The notes under the pieces: model-generated
Told to the model about the DNA's origin: nothing
Seen by the model: only the letters and a program-made list of their open reading frames with translations
The model's database searches: none
Translations under genes and position numbers: made by a program
NCBI GenBank assembly: GCA_005885165.1
Contig: VAXR01000060.1
Span: forward strand, 1-38,312
Direction: 5' to 3'
DNA: 38,312 nucleotides
From: Actinomycetota bacterium
Lineage (GTDB): Bacteria > Actinomycetota > Thermoleophilia > Solirubrobacterales > Thermoleophilaceae
Part shown: piece by piece, positions 1-6,930 of the stretch
How the letters are laid out: the number at the start of each line of letters is the position of its first letter
How positions within the stretch are numbered: position 1 is the first letter of the stretch

Positions 1-113
1 TCCATTACCCGAGCCGGGGGTGGGAGCTCCAGGACGCCCCGCCGATGCTGCCGGCGCAGCGCTACGCGGAGGCGCTGCTTGCGTTCTTTGCGGCTCGTGG
101 TGGGGGCGGCTAG
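1..113 (+). CDS. 3' end of an upstream gene (partial, product not identifiable)
   Basis: Open frame enters from the left edge and ends at TAG 111-113 (...HYPSRGWELQDAPPMLPAQRYAEALLAFFAARGGGG*). Codons are GC3-rich. Too short to name. Confidence 0.3.
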   Translation, partial: HYPSRGWELQDAPPMLPAQRYAEALLAFFAARGGGG

Positions 114-312
114 AAGGCTCGCTGCGTTGTCGCACTTTCGTAACGGTGCGTTTGAACGAAGCGGCCGTTCTCAGGCGCGAGTCGAATCTTGTGCGCTATA
201 GGCCACAAGAATGGCCTCGCGCCTGACTGCCGCCTTCGCGGGAGGCGAACACAGGGTTACGGGGCAGCCAACTACGTAACAGGGACCATCAACCGCGATC
301 GGGCCCGCCCCC
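102..312 (-). ncRNA. Candidate structured RNA, copy 1 of a two-member family (unnamed)
   Basis: Closing helix 102-109 (GGGGGCGG) pairs with 305-312 (CCGCCCCC). It encloses helices 171-181/216-226 and 188-193/204-209, whose loop contains GCTATAG. Collinear sequence blocks match the reverse complement of 33668-33885. Strand is guessed from a U.G pair (251/166) that is only possible on the minus strand. Confidence 0.4.
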
Positions 313-440
313 TTCGTTGCCCGCTGTGGGCCAACGACCGAAGGACGGCGCCGACGCAGTGTGACCGCCGCGGCCGGGGGATGGGTAGCGCCAGCGACGT
401 TGGCGCCGCGATGCTTGCCCGCGGGCGGGGCCCTAGCGCG

Positions 441-1742
441 TCAGCCCGCGCTCTGCAGGCGCGGCACGGCGGCCAGCCAGGCGAAGAGCGCGACCGGTGC
501 GGCGTGCGTCATGAGCTGCCCGTAGCGGTAGCTGCGGTACCCGTCCCGGTGCTTGGCGGCGGCGCTGCCGTCCCAGAACTTGACGTATAGCTCGCCGACG
601 CGGGCGTTGCGTACGGCGTCCTCGGCGGCCACCCGTGCCCAGTCGTATAGCGCCGTCGGGGCGATTCGAATGTGCCGCCTGGTGGCCTCGCGCGCTGCGC
701 GCTTGTCGGCGGCGAGCTGCAGCATGTAGCGGAACATGATCGTGTCGGCGGGCGGCTTGTAGAAGGGGTCCCGCGCGTTCCAGCGCTTCAGGGCGTGCAT
801 GCCGAGCGACCAGGCGGCCGCGCATGCGCGGCTCGCACCCGTGTGGCACATGGCCAGCTGCGCGCCGATCATCGTTCCCTCGATGTAGGTGAGCGGCGGC
901 TCGTCCCGGGTTCCGTACAACCAGCCGTTCTTACCGGAGGGGGTGGCGAAGGCATCGGCCGCGCCGATGTAGCGGCGCGCGCTCGCCAGGAACTGGGTGC
1001 GGCCCGTGTGCTCGTAGAGCTCCGCGGCGAGCGCGGCAGCGCCGCCGAGCGTCTCGAGGTTGGAGCCCTTGTTCGCCACGCGCGTGCTCCAGCGCATCCG
1101 CTGGTGGGCGGCGTCCCAGCCGCGGGTGTCGATGAACCGCAGCGCGAGCGCCGCGTCGTCGAGGTACCGGCGCTCGTGCGTGGCGCGGTACGCGTCGACG
1201 AAGGCGAGCCCCCACCAGGCGTTGTCGTCGACCCAGATCTCGTCGCCCGGGGTGTGCGACCCCGGGTAGGGCCCGTAGCCGCCCATGGCGTGGTTGAAGT
1301 AGGTCTCCGCGAAATCCGCGACGGACCGGACGGCGTCGCTGTGCGCGGGGCTGGGCTCGGCGATGGCGACGCCGGACATCGCCTCCCAGAGCGGAAAGAG
1401 AGTCCAGATCGTGCCGAGCGGGTACTGGTCGGTGTCGTTCAGCCGGTCGTTGAACCAGGCGTGCTCGGGGTTCCACCAGAACGCGCGCGCGGTGGCGATC
1501 CCCTGCGTCGCGAGCCTCAGGTAGCGGTCGGAGCGGGCCGCGTGGAGCGCGCCGCCCCCGGCCAGCCGGCCCGTCGAGGGCCGCGCTTCGAGATGGGCCC
1601 GCGACCCCGTCTGGTTCAGGGCGAAAACGACGATCGCCGCGATCACGGCCATGAGCGCGGCGGACCACGCGACGATGCGCCCCACGCGGACGCGGCCCCG
1701 CCGGCCCCGCCGCCCTCGGTCCCCTGGCAGATGCGTACTCAT
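441..1742 (-). CDS. Glycoside hydrolase family 76-like protein (putative alpha-1,6-mannanase fold), N-terminal membrane anchor
   Basis: 433-aa ORF. After an Arg-rich N-terminus there is one hydrophobic helix (IVAWSAALMAVIAAIVVFAL). It has the GH76-type block IWVDDNAWWGLAFVDAYRATHERRYLDDA and the GSNLETLGGAA block. It is a tandem paralog of 1759-3039. Confidence 0.75.
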   Translation of the reverse strand: MSTHLPGDRGRRGRRGRVRVGRIVAWSAALMAVIAAIVVFALNQTGSRAHLEARPSTGRLAGGGALHAARSDRYLRLATQGIATARAFWWNPEHAWFNDRLNDTDQYPLGTIWTLFPLWEAMSGVAIAEPSPAHSDAVRSVADFAETYFNHAMGGYGPYPGSHTPGDEIWVDDNAWWGLAFVDAYRATHERRYLDDAALALRFIDTRGWDAAHQRMRWSTRVANKGSNLETLGGAAALAAELYEHTGRTQFLASARRYIGAADAFATPSGKNGWLYGTRDEPPLTYIEGTMIGAQLAMCHTGASRACAAAWSLGMHALKRWNARDPFYKPPADTIMFRYMLQLAADKRAAREATRRHIRIAPTALYDWARVAAEDAVRNARVGELYVKFWDGSAAAKHRDGYRSYRYGQLMTHAAPVALFAWLAAVPRLQSAG

Positions 1743-1758
1743 CGCTGCGCGCGGGGGG

Positions 1759-3039
1759 TCAGTGCTTCGGCCGGTGGACGACCCCGAGCCACGCGAGCAG
1801 CGCCACTGGTGCGGCGTGGGTCATCAGCTGCCCGTAGCGATAGCTCCGGTACCCGTCGTGGTGCTTGGAGGCCGCCGTGCCGTCCCAGAACTTGATGAAC
1901 AAGCCGTGGACGCGCGCGTTGTTGAGAGCGTCCTCCGCGGCGCGGCGGGCCCACTCATAGAGCTGTCGTGGAGTGGTGTACGGGTGCACCTCGCGGGAGA
2001 GCCGCAGCGCGCGCTTGTCGCCCGCGAGCTGGAGCACGTAGCGGAAGAGGATGGAATCGGCGGGCGGGTTGTAGAAGGGATCGCGGTGGCGCCAGTGCTT
2101 GTACGCCTTCGCGCCCAAGCTCCAGGCCCTGCGGCACGCGCGGTGATCGCCCTTCCGGCAGAGCGCGAGGTGCCCGGCGATGAACGTCCCCTCGACGTAC
2201 GACAGGGCGGGCTCGTCGCGGGATTCGTAGAGCGACTTGCCGCGGTGGCGGCGGGTCCCCTTCTTGTCGGCCCAGCGGATGTACTTGCGCGCGATGTTGC
2301 GGTAGGTCTTGTTGCCCGTGTACTCGTAGAGCTCGCCCGCGAGCGCCGTCGCTCCACCCAGGGTCTCGAGGTTCGACCCCTGGTTCTGGACAGCTGTGCT
2401 CCACCGCATGCGGTGGTGCTTTCGATCCCAGCCGTACGAGTTGAGGAACTGGATCCCGCGCGCCGCGTCGTCGAGGTAGCGGCGGTCGCGGGTCGCGCGG
2501 TAGGCGTCGACAAACCCGAGCCCCCACCAAGCGTTGTCGTCGAACCAGATTTCGTCGCGCGTGTGGCTGCCCGGGTAGGGGCCGTACCCCTGCATCAGCG
2601 AGTTGAAGTACGTCTCGGCGGTGTTGGCGAACCAGGCGACCTCGTTGCGGTGCGCCGAGGTCGGCTGGGCGATGGCAACGCCCGACAGCGCCTCCCAGAG
2701 CGGGAACAGCGTCCAGATCGTTCCGAGCGGGTACTGGTCGGTGTCGTTCATCCGGTCGTTGAACCACTGCTTGCCGGGGTTCCACCAGTTCCGGTACGAG
2801 TTGTAGATGCCCTGCCTGGCCAGGGACAGGTAGTGGCCGTTGTGGTTCACGCGGCGGCGGTGCTTCTTCTTGTGCTTTGCGGCGTGCGCGGACCCGCGCG
2901 CGGCGTGCGACTGCGGGGGGTGAGCCGCGACGACGATGGCGGCGGCGATCAGCAGGGCCGCGCCGAGCGCGGCGACGCTGCTCCGGAGGCGGCGAGCGAT
3001 TTGCCTCCGGCCATGGAAGCTTGGCAACGGCAAGTACAT
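1759..3039 (-). CDS. Glycoside hydrolase family 76-like protein, paralog, N-terminal membrane anchor
   Basis: 426-aa ORF with ATG at 3039. It carries the same conserved blocks (IWFDDNAWWGLGFVDAYRATRDRRYLDDA, GSNLETLGGATALAGELYE) and aligns collinearly with the 441-1742 product. Confidence 0.75.
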   Translation of the reverse strand: MYLPLPSFHGRRQIARRLRSSVAALGAALLIAAAIVVAAHPPQSHAARGSAHAAKHKKKHRRRVNHNGHYLSLARQGIYNSYRNWWNPGKQWFNDRMNDTDQYPLGTIWTLFPLWEALSGVAIAQPTSAHRNEVAWFANTAETYFNSLMQGYGPYPGSHTRDEIWFDDNAWWGLGFVDAYRATRDRRYLDDAARGIQFLNSYGWDRKHHRMRWSTAVQNQGSNLETLGGATALAGELYEYTGNKTYRNIARKYIRWADKKGTRRHRGKSLYESRDEPALSYVEGTFIAGHLALCRKGDHRACRRAWSLGAKAYKHWRHRDPFYNPPADSILFRYVLQLAGDKRALRLSREVHPYTTPRQLYEWARRAAEDALNNARVHGLFIKFWDGTAASKHHDGYRSYRYGQLMTHAAPVALLAWLGVVHRPKH

Positions 3040-3149
3040 GAGAGGGGGGGTCCGGCCGGAGCGGCCACACCATAGCGACCGCCCTCGCCGTCCTCGCCGG
3101 GTCTCTGCAGCGCGCGCCGTTCGAACCGGTTTAGGCTGCCGACCCGGAA

Positions 3150-5876
3150 ATGCGGGGCATCAGATGGGTCGGGGCGATTCTCGCGGTTGGGGCCGTGCTG
3201 GCGCCGGCCGCGCTCGCCGCGCCTCCTCCGCCGCTGGCGCACGGGCAGGGTGACGCCGGCGGATTCCACGACGTCCTGCCGCCCGGAACGAACGGCTTCG
3301 ACAACGCCCTGGAGCTCCTGCAGTTCGAGAGCACGGGCGCGCGCCCCGCGCACAACCAGGACCAGCTCGGCATGTATCGCGACCTTCTGTACGCGTCACC
3401 GGGCCTACGCGCCGCGAACCTGACTCGCTACTACAAGGACTCCCGCTTCGGCGCGGCCCTCGCCGGCGCTGGCCAGCCGTACCACCCCGGCGGCAGGGAC
3501 GTGACCGTCGTGCGGGATCGCTACGGGGTCCCTCACATCAGGGGCGCCACGCGCGCGGACACCATGTACGCGATCGGCTACGTGACCGCGGAGGACCGGC
3601 TCTTCTTCATCGACGTCCTGCGCCACGTAGGCCGCGCGGAGCTGTCCTCGTTCGCCGGCGGGGCGTCCGCCAACCGCCTCCTCGACCGGGAGATCTGGCA
3701 GACGGCCCCGTACACCGAGGCCGACCTGCAGCGGCAGGTGGACCAGTCGCCGCCGGGCTTCGCGAAGCCGGCGGCCAAGCTGCGGGCTGACCTGCACGCG
3801 TACGTGGACGGGATCAACGGCTACATCGCCGAGGCGCGGCTCGATCCCAGCAAGATGCCGGCCGAGTACGCGGCCATCGACCAGCCGCTCGGCCCGACCG
3901 ACTGGAAGGCCACGGATACGGTGGCGGTTGCGACGCTGGTGGGGGCGATATTCGGCGCCGGGGGCGGCAGCGAGCTGCCGTCGGCGCTCGCGCTCGAGGA
4001 CGCGCGTCATCGCTACGGCAAGCGCGCCGGCACGCGCGTGTGGCAGGACTTCCGCGAGGCGAACGACCCGGAGGCGCCCACCACCGTGCGCGGCCGCGCG
4101 TTCCCCTACGAGCCCACCCCCAGGCACGCGCACGGGGTCGCGCTGCCGGATCCCGGCTCGCTGAAGGACTACGTGAACCTGGACGCGTCGACCACCAACA
4201 CGAAGGTCAGCGGTCCCGTCAAGACGCCGTTCCCGCTGGGGACGCTGGCCTTCCCGGGCGGGATGTCCAACGCGCTCCTCATCTCAGCCCGGCTCTCGGC
4301 CTCCGGCCACCCGCTCGCGGTGTTCGGGCCGCAGGTGGCCTACTTCGCGCCCGAGATCCTGATGGAGCAGGACGTGCACGGGCCCGGCCTGGCCGCTCGC
4401 GGCGCCGCGTTCCCGGGCGCCAACCTCTACGTGTCGCTCGGCCACGGCCGCGACTACGCGTGGAGCGCGACATCCGCCGGCCAGGACCTGACCGACACCT
4501 TCGGCGTCCCGCTCTGCGAGCCGGGCGGGAAGAAGCCGTCGATCGACTCCATGCACTACCTGTTCCGCGGCCGCTGCGTGGCGATCGAGGTGCTGAAGCG
4601 AACGGACTCGTGGAAGCCGAACGCCGCCGATCAAACCCCGCCCGGCACCGAGACCTACACGGTTCAGCGCACGGCCCTTGGCATCGTCACGGCGCGGGCG
4701 CGGGTGCACGGGCGGCCGGTCGTGTACACGAAGCTGCGCTCGACCTACATGCACGAGCCGGACTCGGGCCTCGGGCTCTCGCTGTTCAACGACCCGAACG
4801 TGATCCACGGCCCGCGCTCGTTCCAGCGCGCCGCCTCCCTGATCGGATACACGTTCAACTGGTTCTACGTCGACTCGCGGCACATCGCGTACATCAACTC
4901 CGGAATGAACCCGGTCAGGTCGCGCGACGTGAATCCGGACCTGCCGGTGCTCGCGTCGCGCCACACCGAGTGGAAGGGGTGGAACCCCGCCATCCGCTGG
5001 GAGAAGCTCTTCCCGTTCGCCCAGCGGGCGAAGACGATCGACCAGTCGTACATGACGAGCTGGAACAACAAGCAGGCGCGCGGGACGCGGGCGGCGGACG
5101 GCAACTGGGGCTACGGATCGGTGTACCGCTCGCAACCGCTCGACCAGGGGATCGTCCGCGCCACGAGACACGGCCGGAAGATGACGCTGCCGCAGCTCGT
5201 GGACGCGATGGAGCGCGCCGCGACCGTCGACCTCCGCGGCAGCCGCGTCCTGCCGTGGGCGCTGCGGGTGCTCGGCAACCGCCGCGACCCAGAGCTCCGC
5301 CACGCGCTCGCCCTCCTGCGGGCGTGGGTGCGCTCCGGCGCCCATCGCATCGACCGCAACCGCGACGGCGCCTACGACCAGTCGGAGGCGGTGCGGATTA
5401 TGGACGCCTGGTGGCCGCGCTGGCTGCACGCCGAGTTCGAGTCGGTGGTCGGCGGGCGGCTATTCCGGGACATCGCCGGCCTCAACGAGCTCGTCAACGC
5501 GCCGAACAACTCCGGCCAGCACCTCGGCTCCGCGTGGCAGGCCGGCTGGTACGGATATGCCCAGAAGGACCTGCGCACGGTGCTGGGACGCCACGTCCGC
5601 GGCCGCTACTCGCGCGTCTACTGCGGCAGGGGATCGCTCGCCCGCTGCCGCAACGCGCTCGCCGCGTCGCTGCGGGCAGCCCTCCGCCACGACACCCCGG
5701 CCGAGCTCTACTCCGGCGACCCGGTCTGCAAGCCCGCCAATCGCGACGCGAGCCAGACCTGCTGGGACTCGATCTACTTCCGCCCGCTCGGGGCCATCAC
5801 GCAGCCGCTGATCCCGTGGCAGAACCGGCCGACCTACCAGCAGGCGGTGGAGATCCCGCGCTCGATTGCTCGCTAG
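3150..5876 (+). CDS. Penicillin acylase family protein (Ntn hydrolase, S45), secreted
   Basis: 908-aa ORF with signal peptide MRGIRWVGAILAVGAVLAPAALAA. The internal GGMS-NALLIS block looks like the autoproteolytic Ser-Asn N-terminal nucleophile site (Ser codon 4266-4268). Size and two-chain architecture are typical of the family. Confidence 0.85.
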   Translation: MRGIRWVGAILAVGAVLAPAALAAPPPPLAHGQGDAGGFHDVLPPGTNGFDNALELLQFESTGARPAHNQDQLGMYRDLLYASPGLRAANLTRYYKDSRFGAALAGAGQPYHPGGRDVTVVRDRYGVPHIRGATRADTMYAIGYVTAEDRLFFIDVLRHVGRAELSSFAGGASANRLLDREIWQTAPYTEADLQRQVDQSPPGFAKPAAKLRADLHAYVDGINGYIAEARLDPSKMPAEYAAIDQPLGPTDWKATDTVAVATLVGAIFGAGGGSELPSALALEDARHRYGKRAGTRVWQDFREANDPEAPTTVRGRAFPYEPTPRHAHGVALPDPGSLKDYVNLDASTTNTKVSGPVKTPFPLGTLAFPGGMSNALLISARLSASGHPLAVFGPQVAYFAPEILMEQDVHGPGLAARGAAFPGANLYVSLGHGRDYAWSATSAGQDLTDTFGVPLCEPGGKKPSIDSMHYLFRGRCVAIEVLKRTDSWKPNAADQTPPGTETYTVQRTALGIVTARARVHGRPVVYTKLRSTYMHEPDSGLGLSLFNDPNVIHGPRSFQRAASLIGYTFNWFYVDSRHIAYINSGMNPVRSRDVNPDLPVLASRHTEWKGWNPAIRWEKLFPFAQRAKTIDQSYMTSWNNKQARGTRAADGNWGYGSVYRSQPLDQGIVRATRHGRKMTLPQLVDAMERAATVDLRGSRVLPWALRVLGNRRDPELRHALALLRAWVRSGAHRIDRNRDGAYDQSEAVRIMDAWWPRWLHAEFESVVGGRLFRDIAGLNELVNAPNNSGQHLGSAWQAGWYGYAQKDLRTVLGRHVRGRYSRVYCGRGSLARCRNALAASLRAALRHDTPAELYSGDPVCKPANRDASQTCWDSIYFRPLGAITQPLIPWQNRPTYQQAVEIPRSIAR

Positions 5877-6100
5877 TCGCCGCAGCACGTAGACGTTGCG
5901 AATGCGTCAGCCGCGGTCGCGCGTGCGCTCGTACGCTCGCGCGCTCCGCTCCTACGCTCGCGCACCACCCGCGCCTCCGGAGGGCGACGAACAAGGGGGT
6001 GGAAGTTACGTTCCCGTCACCCTCGTCGCGCTGCTGTCACGCGGCGTTCGGCCCCCGCCGAGCACGAGGGTCCTTCGAGCGTAGTCCGCCCGAGCAGCTG

Positions 6101-6137
6101 TCCTGAGTTAGCTACACATACGGTGGTCAAGTCAGGA
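6101..6137. repeat. 37-nt imperfect palindromic element (degenerate copy of 25765-25801)
   Basis: TCCTGAGTTAGCTACACATACGGTGGTCAAGTCAGGA matches the 25765-25801 element at 32 of 37 positions (counted by eye). It lies in the 340-bp convergent spacer between the acylase and lipoprotein genes. Confidence 0.6.
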
Positions 6138-6216
6138 CTGCTGCTGTAGGTCGAAGCCACCGCGTGGCAGGAGCTGAGCGTGGCTGCGATGGGATGGAGC
6201 GCGGGGGGATCGTGGC

Positions 6217-6813
6217 CTACTGCTTGTGGTTGGCCGTGCCGTTCGGGGCGAGGACCCACCACGTGCCGCCGAACTCGCTGACGCCCTGGCACAGGACCTC
6301 GCCGGGGTCGCGCTCGCCCACGTAGCGGTAGAGCGGCTGGCCGGCGTAGGTCGCCTGCAGGGTGCCGTCGTTCCGGCGGACGGTCCCGAGCAGGCTCTGC
6401 TTGACCGGGCCCTGCGCGACCGGCGTCTGCTTGACGATCACCGGCGGCCACTTGACGGCGCAGTCGCCGTAGCAGGTGCTGGGGCGGCCCGGTGTGTCGT
6501 GCGTGAACACGTAGACCGCGTGGCCGCCGGGCACCTGGAGGATCCGGCCGTACTGGGAGCGGAAGGCCGAGATCGGGATCGGCTTCGGCGCCGACGCCCG
6601 GCTACCCGTCGAGTGGCCGGCGGCGGCCTTGCTTCCACCGGCCTTCTTGCCGCCCGCTCCGCCTGACGTGCCGGTGCCGGTCGTCTCGGACATGCCTCTT
6701 GCCTGACTCGAGGCGCTCGCGTGGCTCTTGTGGGAGCTGCTGCAACCAGCTGCCGCCAGCGCCACCGCCGCCACCAGTACAAGGGCCAGAACCGATCCAG
6801 CACGGCGTGTCAT
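6217..6813 (-). CDS. Lipoprotein with Yx(FWY)xxD-type secreted repeats (COG4315-like)
   Basis: Lipobox AAAGC follows signal MTRRAGSVLALVLVAAVALAAAGC. The C-terminal half has two repeats of the type CYGDCAVKWPPV ... GQPLYRYVGE ... GGTWWVLAPNG. ATG 6813 is preferred over GTG 6828. Confidence 0.7.
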   Translation of the reverse strand: MTRRAGSVLALVLVAAVALAAAGCSSSHKSHASASSQARGMSETTGTGTSGGAGGKKAGGSKAAAGHSTGSRASAPKPIPISAFRSQYGRILQVPGGHAVYVFTHDTPGRPSTCYGDCAVKWPPVIVKQTPVAQGPVKQSLLGTVRRNDGTLQATYAGQPLYRYVGERDPGEVLCQGVSEFGGTWWVLAPNGTANHKQ

Positions 6814-6930
6814 GACCGTGTGGTCCACGAGCGGGACCCTACGTTACGAATCGGAGGATTCATCGGAGGACTCGCGGCGTCCGACCACGGGGACCCACGG
6901 CGTCCCGGCCCGGGCGTAGATTCGGGCGCT

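Noticed and set aside
250-285. Resemblance of ACGGGGCAGCCAACTACGTAAC to the 3' part of the ydaO/c-di-AMP riboswitch (CAGCUAACCUCGUAAGCG)
   Set aside because: The other conserved ydaO blocks (GGGGACCCA, pseudo-twofold halves) are missing, and no gene lies downstream on that strand. The segment is better explained as part of the two-copy element.
672-1895. Long plus-strand ORF (407 aa) and similar large ORFs elsewhere (for example 7678-9507, 9603-12569, 30491-32146, 36335-37885)
   Set aside because: They are Arg/Pro/Gly/Ala-rich low-complexity translations lying antisense or out of frame to genes with clear family motifs. These are typical shadow ORFs of a very GC-rich genome.
5932-5963. Possible CRISPR-like or tandem repeat array
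   Set aside because: There are only two 11-nt copies, with no regular spacer-repeat series and no cas genes.
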